A model generated the notes under the pieces. That model searched no databases, was not told the origin of the DNA, and was given only the letters and a program-made list of their open reading frames with translations. Source: an uncultured delta proteobacterium (GTDB lineage Bacteria > Myxococcota > Myxococcia > Myxococcales > Anaeromyxobacteraceae). From it: a stretch of 64,000 nt of DNA. Numbering within the stretch: the first letter of the stretch is position 1; each line of letters opens with the position of its first letter. Below, in pieces: positions 37,836 to 47,191 of this stretch. Both the position numbers and the translations under genes were made by a program. The stretch spans positions 96,001 through 160,000 of the forward strand of contig CAWJSR010000023.1 of assembly GCA_963845515.1 (NCBI GenBank), in the 5' to 3' direction.

Positions 37836-40244
37836 ATGGCGGGCAACAATATCCTGGTGATCAACGCGAGCGGCGCGGAGACGCGCGTCGCGCTGGTCGA
37901 GAACGGCACGATCCACGAGTACTACCTCGAGCGAAAGCGCGAGAAGGGGATCGTCGGCAACATCTACAAGGGGCGCGTGGTCCGGGTCCTCCCGGGCATG
38001 CAGGCCGCGTTCGTCGACATCGGCCTCGAGAAGGCCGCGTTCCTCTACGTCGGCGACGTCTACGGCGACCCGGACTTCTCGGAGGAGTTCGAGCTCACCG
38101 AGGGCGAGCACGCCGCCGAGACGCCAGACGTCCCGGACGAGCACGAGGCGGAGGAGGCCGAGGCGCGAGCCGCGCAGGCCGCCGCGCAGCCGGCGATCAC
38201 GCCTGCGCACGGCATCGACCTCGCGCTGACGCCGGTCCCGACGTCGGACGCCGGCGCTCCCGCCGCCGAAGGGTCCCTCTCCCCCTCGGGGGGAGAAGGT
38301 CAGGGCGAGGGGACGACTGCGCCTGAAGCCGCGGCCGCCGTCGAGCCCGCCGCAGCGCTGGCGGTCGAGCCGGCCGCAGCTCAGGCCGAGGAGCTTCCTC
38401 CTCCACGCCTCACGCCCATCCCGCTCACCAACGCCATCGGGAACCTGCCGGTCGGGGGCGTTCCTACCCTGATGGTGCCCGAGCTTCCGCCGATCGATGT
38501 GGATGCCGAAGGGGCGGCCGAGCCACAGGCCGAGGCGGCGCAGGACGCCGTCGCCGCTCAGCCGGGCGCCGAGCCGTCGACGGCGCCGGGCGACTCCGAG
38601 GCGGCCAAGGTGACGGTCAAGGCGCCGGAGGCGGCGCGCGAAGTCCGCGGCGACCGCGGCGACCGCGGCAAGCGCGACGGGCGGCACGGCAAGGAAGGGC
38701 GCGAGGGTCGCGACCGGGATCGTGGCGGCCGCAATGGGCACCGCGAGGAGCGCAAGCCCCGCGAGCCCAAGAACATCCAGGACCTGCTCAAGGAAGGGCA
38801 GGAGGTCATCGTCCAGGTCGCGAAGGATCCGATCGGGACCAAGGGCGCCCGCATCACGAGCCACATCTCGCTCCCGGGCCGTCACCTGGTCTTCATGCCG
38901 ACGGTGGACCACATCGGCATCTCCCGGCGCATCGACAAGGACGGCGAGCGGCGCCGGCTCCGCGAGATCGTGGACCGGATGCGCCCGGAGGGGACGGGCT
39001 TCATCGTCCGCACCGTCGCCGACGGCGTCGAGTCGCAGAAGCTCGAGGCGGACATCCGCTTCCTGATCAACGTCTGGAACGAGATCATCCGGACCAAGGA
39101 CAAGGTGGGGGCGCCCGCGCTGCTCCACGGCGACCTCGACCTGATCCTCCGCGCGACGCGCGACCTCTTCACGGCCGACATCCACAAGATGGTGATCGAC
39201 GACCGTGACGAGTTCGAGCGGATCCTCAAGTTCGTCAAGGACCAGGCGCCGCACCTCGAGAGCCAGATCGAGTTCTACCGCGGCGACGAGCCGATCTTCG
39301 ACGCGTTCGGGATCGAGCAGGAGCTGCGGCGCGCGAGCCAGCGCAAGGTGTGGCTCAAGTCCGGCGGCTACATCATCATGGACCAGGCGGAGGCGCTCAC
39401 CGCCATCGACGTCAACTCGGGACGCTACGTCGGGAAGAAGAACCTCGAGGAGACGATCACCAAGATCAACGTCGAGGCCGCCAAGGAGATCGTCTACCAG
39501 CTCCGGCTGCGCAACATCGGCGGCATCATCATCATCGACTTCATCGACATGGACAAACCCCAGAACCGGGAGAAGGTCTTCAAGTCCTTGCAGGAGGCGC
39601 TGGGGAGGGACAAGGCCAAGACCAACGTCCTCAAGATCTCCGAGCTGGGGCTCGTCGAGATGACGCGCAAGCGCGTGCGCGAGTCGGTGACCCGGATGCT
39701 CGCCGAGCCGTGCAGCTACTGCGAGGGCAAGGGGCACACCAAGTCGAAGATCACCGTCGCCTACGAGATCTTCCGCGAGATCCGGCGCGACTCACCGCAC
39801 TACCCAGAGCCGGTGCTCGTCGTCAACTGCCACCCGGAGGTCGCGCACATCCTCCAGGGCCCCGAGCGGGAGGAGCTGCGCTACCTGATGGATCGGTTCA
39901 ACAAGACGATCCAGGTGAAGCCGCAGCAGAACTACCACCAGGAGCAGTTCGACATCTACGGACGCCAGGAGCGCGGCGAGCAGGGCAAGGAGCCGGAGGC
40001 GGCCGAGCAGGGTCGCGGTGAGCAGGGTCGCAGCGAGCCGGCTCGCGAGCGGGACCAGGGGCGCGGGCGAGGTGGCCGCCAGCAGCGCGGCGGACGCGGC
40101 GGCGGCGGCGGAAGAGGCGGCGGCGAGCGCGGCGGACGCGGCGGGGATCAGTCCCGCGAGCACAAGGAAGGCCCGAAGGACGAGCCCAAGGGCGCCGGCA
40201 AGGAAGGCGCCAAGGACGAGCCGAAGGGCGCCGCGAACGAGTGA
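37836..40244 (+). CDS. rne: Ribonuclease E/G with low-complexity insertion in S1 domain
   Basis: GNIYKGRV, QAAFVDIG, KGARIT, IDVNSG, IIDFIDM, CxxC Zn link; Arg/Gly-rich tail. Confidence 0.93.
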   Translation: MAGNNILVINASGAETRVALVENGTIHEYYLERKREKGIVGNIYKGRVVRVLPGMQAAFVDIGLEKAAFLYVGDVYGDPDFSEEFELTEGEHAAETPDVPDEHEAEEAEARAAQAAAQPAITPAHGIDLALTPVPTSDAGAPAAEGSLSPSGGEGQGEGTTAPEAAAAVEPAAALAVEPAAAQAEELPPPRLTPIPLTNAIGNLPVGGVPTLMVPELPPIDVDAEGAAEPQAEAAQDAVAAQPGAEPSTAPGDSEAAKVTVKAPEAAREVRGDRGDRGKRDGRHGKEGREGRDRDRGGRNGHREERKPREPKNIQDLLKEGQEVIVQVAKDPIGTKGARITSHISLPGRHLVFMPTVDHIGISRRIDKDGERRRLREIVDRMRPEGTGFIVRTVADGVESQKLEADIRFLINVWNEIIRTKDKVGAPALLHGDLDLILRATRDLFTADIHKMVIDDRDEFERILKFVKDQAPHLESQIEFYRGDEPIFDAFGIEQELRRASQRKVWLKSGGYIIMDQAEALTAIDVNSGRYVGKKNLEETITKINVEAAKEIVYQLRLRNIGGIIIIDFIDMDKPQNREKVFKSLQEALGRDKAKTNVLKISELGLVEMTRKRVRESVTRMLAEPCSYCEGKGHTKSKITVAYEIFREIRRDSPHYPEPVLVVNCHPEVAHILQGPEREELRYLMDRFNKTIQVKPQQNYHQEQFDIYGRQERGEQGKEPEAAEQGRGEQGRSEPARERDQGRGRGGRQQRGGRGGGGGRGGGERGGRGGDQSREHKEGPKDEPKGAGKEGAKDEPKGAANE

Positions 40245-40261
40245 CGGGACGGGAGGGGGCC

Positions 40262-41533
40262 ATGCCCGAGGTCGAGGGGCGCACACCCGGTGAGCGGCTC
40301 GAGCGGACGGTGCAGCTCGGGCGGGCCGGGGTCGCCTCCGCGCTGCGCATGCTGGAGGGGGAGAGCGTCCGCTTGCGGGCGATGGCGCTCACCTACACGA
40401 CGCTCTTCGCGCTCGTCCCGGCGCTGGTCGTCGCCTTCTCCGTCGTGCAGGCCTTCGCCGGGCAGGAGGGCGGGATCAGCGAGCGGATCCACGAGTTCCT
40501 GATCGACAACCTCGCGGTGGGCGCACGCTCGACGCTCGAGCCCTACCTCGACCAGTTCATCGCCAACGCCCACCTCGCCAGCGCCGGGCTCGTGGGCGGC
40601 GCGCTGCTCGTCTACTCCGGCATCAGCCTCATGTCCGACGTCGAGCGGGCGATAAACGACATCTGGTCGATCCGCCGTCGCCGCGCGATCCGCCAGCAGG
40701 TGATCATCTACTGGGTCGGCCTGACGCTGGGGCCGCTGCTCCTCGCGGCGTCCGTGATGGCGAGCCACACCGCGAGGACCTGGCTCGCTGGGAGCGGGGT
40801 GCGCTTCCTCGGGGGCGCGGCGGGCGTGCTCCTCACCTGCGCCTTCTTCACGGTCATCTACTTCATCGTGCCGGCGACCAAGGTGCAGCTCAAGGCCGCC
40901 GCCATCGGCGGCCTCGTCGCCGGCGCCACGTGGGAGGTCGCGAAGTGGGGCTACGCGATCTTCGTCGGCCGGAGCGTCCGGTACCACGCGATCTACGGCT
41001 CGGTCGCCGCGATCCCCATCTTCCTGCTCTGGCTGTACGTCTCCTGGACGCTCATGCTCTTCGGCGCCAAGGTGGCCTTCATCGTCCAGCACGCGTCGGC
41101 GCTCCTGCGCAAGCGGCCGGACGCGTCGGCGCACCGCAGCCGCGAGGTGCTGGCTGGCGAGGCGATGCTCCGGATCGCGCGCGCCTTCGATCGGGGCGAG
41201 CCGCCCCCCGCCGAGGACGAGATCGCCTCCGACGCGCAGGCGCTGGCGGAGGAGGTCGGGGAGGCGCTCGCGACGCTCCGCCAGGCGGGGCTCGTGACGT
41301 CGACTGACGCGGGGCTCGTCCCATCCCGCTCGCTCGACCGGATCACGCTGTTCGACGTCCGGACGGCCGTCACCGGCCCGGGACCTGAGGCTCCGGACGA
41401 CGCACGCGTCGGAAGGATCCTCAAGGAAGTCGAGGGCGAAGCGGCACGGCGCCTCTCCCAGGTCACCTTCAGGGAGTTGGCGGCGAGCGCGGGGGACCCG
41501 GACCGTGCCGGCGAAACGCGCCGGGGGCCGTAA
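40262..41533 (+). CDS. YihY/virulence factor BrkB family membrane protein with C-terminal wHTH
   Basis: LTYTTLFALVP, INDIW, IYGSVAAIPIFLLWLY; ITLFDV Rrf2-like tail. Confidence 0.88.
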   Translation: MPEVEGRTPGERLERTVQLGRAGVASALRMLEGESVRLRAMALTYTTLFALVPALVVAFSVVQAFAGQEGGISERIHEFLIDNLAVGARSTLEPYLDQFIANAHLASAGLVGGALLVYSGISLMSDVERAINDIWSIRRRRAIRQQVIIYWVGLTLGPLLLAASVMASHTARTWLAGSGVRFLGGAAGVLLTCAFFTVIYFIVPATKVQLKAAAIGGLVAGATWEVAKWGYAIFVGRSVRYHAIYGSVAAIPIFLLWLYVSWTLMLFGAKVAFIVQHASALLRKRPDASAHRSREVLAGEAMLRIARAFDRGEPPPAEDEIASDAQALAEEVGEALATLRQAGLVTSTDAGLVPSRSLDRITLFDVRTAVTGPGPEAPDDARVGRILKEVEGEAARRLSQVTFRELAASAGDPDRAGETRRGP

Positions 41534-41618
41534 TAAGCGCTTCCAGGCGGGCCAGCGACCGACAGAACCGAGGCGTCCTTCGCCTGCCCGTCTGGGGTCG
41601 AGCTAGAACCCTTGCTGA

Positions 41619-41631
41619 TATCAAGGGGTTG
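41619..41631 (+). promoter_or_regulatory. IHF consensus binding site upstream of the IHF/HU gene
   Basis: TATCAA-GGGG-TTG equals WATCAA-N4-TTR, within an imperfect inverted repeat. Confidence 0.6.
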
Positions 41632-41664
41632 GGCTAGGCTTTTCGCACTTCCCGGAGCGACCTG

Positions 41665-42009
41665 ATGCTGAAGTCAGACCTCATCAACATCCTCGTGGTC
41701 AAACGCGGGGTGACCCAGAAGCAGGCCGAGGCGACCGTCGAGACGATCTTCGACGCCATGAAGGACGCCCTCTGTCGCGGGGAGAACATCGAAATCCGCG
41801 GGCTTGGCGCATTCCACGTCAAGCACTACGACGGCTACCAGGGTCGTAACCCGAAGACCGGAGAGGTGATTCCGGTGAAGCCGAAGCGCGGCATCCTGTT
41901 CAGGACCGGCAAGGAGCTGCGCGACCGGGTGAACCGCCCGGAGCTCATCGGCACGGCCCTCCCCGACGATGACGACGACGATGACGATGACACCGACGAC
42001 GTCGAGTAG
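41665..42009 (+). CDS. IHF/HU-family DNA-binding protein (IHF-beta-like) with poly-Asp tail
   Basis: MLKSDLI, IEIRGLGAF, GRNPKTGE, GKELRDRVN. Confidence 0.92.
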   Translation: MLKSDLINILVVKRGVTQKQAEATVETIFDAMKDALCRGENIEIRGLGAFHVKHYDGYQGRNPKTGEVIPVKPKRGILFRTGKELRDRVNRPELIGTALPDDDDDDDDDTDDVE

Positions 42010-42072
42010 GAACACGGCGCGCGATCTCGGTTACGCGCCTCTAGCTGGTCCAGATCCCCACGATCCAGGTTC

Positions 42073-44076
42073 TCAGGCTGCCAGGCCGAGGCGCCCGACT
42101 GGCCTGATGTTCAGATCCGGCGGCAGCTCGTCGTAGGCCAGCACGACCACGTCGGGAGCGTGCGGCGCGAGCAGGTTTCGCAGCGCCCTCCGCAGGTCGG
42201 TCGCGGCGAGCACCACGGGACGGCGCCCGGCTCTCGCGGTGTCGAGCGCGCTCGCCAGCATCGCCACGACCTCCGGGTGGACGGCAGCGTGCTCGCCGTC
42301 GAGCGCCTCCCGCACGAGCGCCTCGGCGGCCGGATCCACGAGGAGCGCTTCGAGCGTCCCTCCCGAGGCCACGCGCTGGCCGATGTGGCGCCGCAGGGCC
42401 CGGCGGCAGGCCTCGGTGAGCGCCGGCGCGCCGCGCGCGGCACCGCCGGACTCCAGGATCGCCTCGATGATCGTCCTGAGCGGCCTGACGCTCACCCCCT
42501 CCTCGAGCAACCGGCGCAGGACCTCAGCCAGCACGTGCGGTGGGATCTGGCGCGTCGCCTCGCGGACGAGGGCGGGAGCTGCCGCCTCCAGCCCATCGAG
42601 GAGCACCTGCGTCTCCTGGATTCCGACGAGCAGGTGGGCCGCGGCGCGGAGCCCCCTGGCGGCCCCGACGAGCGCGCGCTGGATCGGATCGAACACCGGC
42701 CCGAGCGCGGCGGCCCGCTGCGCGTCGTCGGCTGACACCGAGCACCCTTCGTCCTCCTGCTCCGCGCGGATCCCGACCAGCGCGAGGTCGGACGGCGCCG
42801 CGAACGAGAGCACCTCCCATCGTGGCGCCCGCCCCGAAGCGACGGGGAGGTCGTCGACGAGGAGCGACCAGCCGCTGGCGGGAAGCGCCCCCTGCTGGAG
42901 AGCCACGGCGGCGAGAGGCAGGCCGATCTCCCGCTCGAACTCCTCCCGCAGCGCGGCGAGTGGCGCGCGCACGGCCGCGCCGCGGTCCTCGCGGGCGAGC
43001 GCGAGCAGGTCCACTCCGAGCTCGAGCGCCACGCGCGTCGGGACAGCAGGCTCCTCCAGCAGGGGAGTCGGCTCCGAGGAGGCGCGACCGGTGTCCACCC
43101 TCCGCGCTGCGCCGTGCGCGATCCTGTTGGCGCCGAAGGCTGCGCCCGCGGCCAGGCCGAGGAACGGAAGCGCCGGCATCCCCGGCGCCAGCGCAAGCCC
43201 CGTGAGCAGGACGGCCACCGCCGCCAGCGCCCGCGGATCCCCGGTGAGCTGCCCGAAGATCTCTCCGCCCAGCCCCGGGCCGTCCTCGTCGCCAGCCACG
43301 CGGGTCACCGCCACGGCCGCGCTCACGGCCACGAGGAGGGCCGGGACCTGGGAGACGAGGCCGTCGCCGATGGCGAGCAGCGCGTAGCGCCTGGCCGCGT
43401 CGGCGATCGGCATCCCGCGCAGCGCGCCGGTGATCAGCCCTCCCAGGACGTTGACGAGGACGATCGCGATTCCGGCCAGTGCGTCCCCCTTCACGAACTT
43501 GAGCGCACCGTCCATGGCCCCGTAGAGCTGGCTCTCGCGCTCCAGCGCGCGCCTCCGCCTGCGCGCCTCCACCGCGTCGAGGAAGCCCGCTCGCAGGTCC
43601 GCGTCGATCGCCATCTGCTTGCCCGGGAGGGCGTCTAGCGTGAAGCGCGCCGCCACCTCGGCCACGCGCTCCGCCCCCTTGGCCACCACGAGGAGCTGGA
43701 CGAGGGTCAGGATCGCGAAGACAACCGCGCCCACCACGTAGTTGCCCTGGACCACCACGCGACCGAAGGCCTCTATGACGCGCCCCGCCTCGCCGCGCCC
43801 CAGGACGAGCCGGGTGGAGCTGACGTTGAGCGCAAGCCGGAAGAGGGTGGTGAGGAGCAGGAGAGTCGGGAAGCTCGCGAACCGGAGCGCCTCCCGTGAG
43901 AACAGGGTGACGACGAGGATGGTCGCCGAGAGCGCCAGGTTGAGCGCCAGCCCAGCGTCGAGCAGCGCCGGGCCGAGCGGCATCACGAGGATCCCGACGA
44001 TCGATAGGACGGCGAGCGCGAACCAGAGCTCGCCAGCGGAGCGAAACCGGGCCGCGAGCGCGTCGAGGGCCGTCAC
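42073..44076 (-). CDS. sctV: Type III export gate SctV/FlhA
   Basis: FPTLLL, RVAEVAARFTLDALPGKQMAIDADL, GAMDGALKFVKGDA, IGDGLVSQ. Confidence 0.95.
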   Translation of the reverse strand: MTALDALAARFRSAGELWFALAVLSIVGILVMPLGPALLDAGLALNLALSATILVVTLFSREALRFASFPTLLLLTTLFRLALNVSSTRLVLGRGEAGRVIEAFGRVVVQGNYVVGAVVFAILTLVQLLVVAKGAERVAEVAARFTLDALPGKQMAIDADLRAGFLDAVEARRRRRALERESQLYGAMDGALKFVKGDALAGIAIVLVNVLGGLITGALRGMPIADAARRYALLAIGDGLVSQVPALLVAVSAAVAVTRVAGDEDGPGLGGEIFGQLTGDPRALAAVAVLLTGLALAPGMPALPFLGLAAGAAFGANRIAHGAARRVDTGRASSEPTPLLEEPAVPTRVALELGVDLLALAREDRGAAVRAPLAALREEFEREIGLPLAAVALQQGALPASGWSLLVDDLPVASGRAPRWEVLSFAAPSDLALVGIRAEQEDEGCSVSADDAQRAAALGPVFDPIQRALVGAARGLRAAAHLLVGIQETQVLLDGLEAAAPALVREATRQIPPHVLAEVLRRLLEEGVSVRPLRTIIEAILESGGAARGAPALTEACRRALRRHIGQRVASGGTLEALLVDPAAEALVREALDGEHAAVHPEVVAMLASALDTARAGRRPVVLAATDLRRALRNLLAPHAPDVVVLAYDELPPDLNIRPVGRLGLAA

Positions 44077-45101
44077 GACCGCGCCTCGTCGAGCCCGTAG
44101 ACGTGCACCAGCACGGCGGCCGCCGCGTCGAAGAGCTCCACCGGGATCTCCTCCCCGACCTCCGCGAGCCTGAAGAGCGCCCGGGCGAGCTGGATGTCGC
44201 GGACGATGGGTACGCCGGCTCGCCGCGCCGCCGAGCGGATCCTGGCCGCGCTCGTCCCCGTCCCCTTGGCGAGGACTCTCGGCGCCTCGTCGCGCCCGCG
44301 GCTGTGGGCGAGCGCGACCGCGACGTGAGTGGGGTTCACGACCACCACCGTGGCCCGCGAAACCGGACCCGCGTCGAGGACGGCGCGCTGAAGGCGACGG
44401 CGCTCGGCCCGCAGCTGCGGATCACCTTCGTCCTCCCGCGCCTCGCGGCGCACCTCGTCTCGGGTCATCATGAGCGCGCGCCGGTGTCGGCGGCGCGCGA
44501 GCGCCAGGTCGAGCGCGCCGAAGGCGAGCGCAGCCAGGGCGAGCCTGACGCAGAGTGGACCGAGCTGCGTCGACCGCCAGAGCGCCACGGCGCCGAGCCG
44601 TGGCAGCCCGCCGAGAGTCCGGCCGTGCCCCGCGAGCCACCCCACGAAGAGGCCGACCGCCACCGCAGCCTTCGCGAGCCCGAGGACGACGCGCACCAGC
44701 GCGGCCGGCGACGCGAGACGGCGGAGCCCCTTGAAGGGATCCAGCCGCTCGGCGCGAGGCTGAAGCGGCGCCAGCGACACGAGCAGGCCGGACTGGAGCG
44801 AGGCCACGCAGCCCGCCGCGAGGGCGGGGACCAGGAGGAATGGGGCGGCGACGTGCGCCAGCAGGAGCGCCGCGCCGCTCGCGGCGGAAGCGGGCGCCGG
44901 CGCGGTGCCGGCCGCCATGAGGGAGGCTTGGAGTGCGCGGCCGAGCTGCGCGACGCACCAGGGGCCGAGCGCGAAGAGCACGGCAAGCCCAGAGGCGAGC
45001 GCAGCGGCAGCAGGGAGCTCGCGGCCGAGCGCGATCTCTCCTCTCCGGCGGGCTTCACGAAGCCGCCGCGGCGTAGGCTGCTCGGTGCGTGCGTCGCTCA
45101 T
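44073..45101 (-). CDS. sctU: Type III substrate switch SctU/FlhB
   Basis: TEQPTPRRLREAR, EGDPQ, NPTH autocleavage motif. Confidence 0.93.
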   Translation of the reverse strand: MSDARTEQPTPRRLREARRRGEIALGRELPAAAALASGLAVLFALGPWCVAQLGRALQASLMAAGTAPAPASAASGAALLLAHVAAPFLLVPALAAGCVASLQSGLLVSLAPLQPRAERLDPFKGLRRLASPAALVRVVLGLAKAAVAVGLFVGWLAGHGRTLGGLPRLGAVALWRSTQLGPLCVRLALAALAFGALDLALARRRHRRALMMTRDEVRREAREDEGDPQLRAERRRLQRAVLDAGPVSRATVVVVNPTHVAVALAHSRGRDEAPRVLAKGTGTSAARIRSAARRAGVPIVRDIQLARALFRLAEVGEEIPVELFDAAAAVLVHVYGLDEARS

Positions 45102-45877
45102 GGAGCCGCCCCCGGCGCGAAGAGGGTTGGAGCTCGGCCCGCGAAGGCCACGAGCGAGACCAGACGGCCGGCGACCGCCGAGGCGGCGAGCGCGAGCGCA
45201 GCGAGCCCCAGCGCGGCACGGGCCGGCTGCGCGGCGCTCCCGGCGCCCACCCCCGGCGAGAAGCGCTCGACGGTGGCGATGGCGAGGTCGGCGGCCAGGA
45301 TCCCGGCGGCCGCCGGTGCCGCGATGGCGAGCGCACAGGAGAGCAGCTCGGCGGCGAGCCGAAGTCCGCCCTCGCCGAGAAGACGGGCGTCGACGGGAGC
45401 ACCCGGCGCGAGGCGCGCGAAGGTGCCGAGCAGGCCGTGGAGGAGGAGCCGATCCCCGCCGGTCCACGCCGCGAGGACCACGCACCACTGCGCGAGCAGG
45501 TCGCCGGTCGCCGACTCGCGCTGCCGGATCGGGGCGACGTGAAGCTCCGAGAGGGTCGCGCCGCGCAGCGTGTCGGTGAGCCGGCCCGCAGCGCGCGCCG
45601 CTTCCACGGGGAGCATCCCTGCCAGCGCCAGGGCGGTGCCCAGCGCGAGCTCGCGCACCGCTGCCGCGACGAGGGCGGCTCCGTCAGCGGCGGAGGCAAA
45701 TGCCGCCCCTGCCCCCTGCGCGCCGGCCCAGCCGAGCGCCAACGCCAGCCCGATCCGGACCGGCGGCGGGACGAGCGGCCCGCCGAGGAAGGGCGACAGG
45801 AGCGCAGTAGGAAGGAGCCTGAGGGCGGCGAGCAGGATACCCGCGAGCACCCCGGCGTCGGCGATGGAGCCGTTCAT
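45098..45877 (-). CDS. sctT: Type III export apparatus SctT/FliR
   Basis: PFLGG..VPPPVRIGLA, AGRLTD; hydrophobic; operon position. Confidence 0.88.
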   Translation of the reverse strand: MNGSIADAGVLAGILLAALRLLPTALLSPFLGGPLVPPPVRIGLALALGWAGAQGAGAAFASAADGAALVAAAVRELALGTALALAGMLPVEAARAAGRLTDTLRGATLSELHVAPIRQRESATGDLLAQWCVVLAAWTGGDRLLLHGLLGTFARLAPGAPVDARLLGEGGLRLAAELLSCALAIAAPAAAGILAADLAIATVERFSPGVGAGSAAQPARAALGLAALALAASAVAGRLVSLVAFAGRAPTLFAPGAAP

Positions 45878-46146
45878 GGCGCGATCCGGGCGACGAGCGC
45901 GAGACAGTCCCCGGCGAAGCGAACCAGCCGCGCGCCGATCCAGGGACCGGCGACCAGCAGGGCGCCGAGCACCGCAGCCAGGCGCGGCACGACGCCGATC
46001 GAGGGCTCCTGGACCTGCGTCGCCGCCTGGGCGATCCCCGTCACCAGCCCGACCAGGAGCGCGGCGCCGAGCGGAGGGGCGGAGACGAGGAGCGCCAGGA
46101 CGAGCGCCTCGCGGGCAAGGTGCAGGAGGGTGGGGTCGAAGGACAC
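45874..46146 (-). CDS. sctS: Type III export apparatus SctS/FliQ
   Basis: VGLVTGIAQAATQVQEPSI motif. Confidence 0.92.
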   Translation of the reverse strand: MSFDPTLLHLAREALVLALLVSAPPLGAALLVGLVTGIAQAATQVQEPSIGVVPRLAAVLGALLVAGPWIGARLVRFAGDCLALVARIAP

Positions 46147-46148
46147 GG

Positions 46149-46826
46149 CTAACCCCCGTAGGAGAGGACGAGGCTGCGCGCGAGGAGCCGCCAGCCATCC
46201 ACGCCGACGAAGAGGAGGAGCTTGAAGGGGAGCGCGACGGTCGTCGGCGAAAGCTGCGTGAGCCCCAGGGCGAGGAGCACGTTGGCGACGAGCAGGTCGA
46301 CGACCAGGAAGGGCACGAAGACGAGAAAGCCGATCGTGAAGGCGCGGCGGAGCTCGGACACTACGAAGGCGGGGGCGAGGACCGTGAAGTCGTCGGCTGA
46401 AGGAGCGGCGCGAAGCTCCCCACCCGTCCGGCGTGCGACGTCCGCGAAGGTCTCCCGGTCCTCCGGGCGGGCGTGGCGCCGGAGGAAGGCGCGCAGCGGC
46501 TCTGCGCCACGCCGGACCTGGGCGAGGCTCGCCGCGAGCCCGTGCCCCGCCGAGGGCGCCCCGGCCGCGGCGAGGGACGCATCGGCAACCGGTGCCATCA
46601 CCGCAAAGGTGAGGAGGAGGGCGAGCCCGGTGATCACCGTGTTGGGAGGGATCTGGGGGGCGCCAAGGGCGTGGCGCAGGACGGAGAGGACGACCGAGAT
46701 CTTCAGGAAGGCCGTGAGCGTGACGAGCGCGACCGGAGCGAGCGAGACGGCGGCGATCAGCAGGATCAGCTCCGCCGGCCGCTCGCCGATCGGACCGGCA
46801 GCGGGGAGGATCGCGGCGGCGATCAT
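46149..46826 (-). CDS. sctR: Type III export apparatus SctR/FliP
   Basis: TAFLKISVVL..QIPPN, PAFVVSEL, LPFKLLLFV.VDGW. Confidence 0.95.
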   Translation of the reverse strand: MIAAAILPAAGPIGERPAELILLIAAVSLAPVALVTLTAFLKISVVLSVLRHALGAPQIPPNTVITGLALLLTFAVMAPVADASLAAAGAPSAGHGLAASLAQVRRGAEPLRAFLRRHARPEDRETFADVARRTGGELRAAPSADDFTVLAPAFVVSELRRAFTIGFLVFVPFLVVDLLVANVLLALGLTQLSPTTVALPFKLLLFVGVDGWRLLARSLVLSYGG

Positions 46827-47191
46827 GGTGCCTCCCGCTGCGGCCGCCCCGAGCCGAGATCGGCGAGCAGGCGGACGCCGTCGCCTCCGCAGCCGACGAC
46901 GAGCGTGCGCCCATCCACGCGCAGGAGCGCCACCGAGGCATCGCGGGAGAGCGGCCTGAGTTCAGCCACCTCGATCAGCCGGGCGGGCGGCGCGGCGGAC
47001 CCGCGCCCGCGCAGGGCAAAGGCGAGGGCGCCGAGCGCGAGCACGGCGAGCGCCGCGCGCCCGGCGGTCGAGAGGAGCGGATCGTCGGCGAGGGCGAGCA
47101 GGAGCGCCGCGGACCCCACCCCGGCCACGAGGAGGGCGCGGGTGCGGGGTGGGGCCGCGGCAAGGCGCGAGCGAAGCGAAGACGCTGGCAT
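46823..47191 (-). CDS. FliO-like small membrane protein
   Basis: TM followed by RLIEVAELRPLSRDASVALLRVDGRTLVVG, the FliO beta pattern; directly upstream of sctR/fliP. Confidence 0.7.
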   Translation of the reverse strand: MPASSLRSRLAAAPPRTRALLVAGVGSAALLLALADDPLLSTAGRAALAVLALGALAFALRGRGSAAPPARLIEVAELRPLSRDASVALLRVDGRTLVVGCGGDGVRLLADLGSGRPQREAP

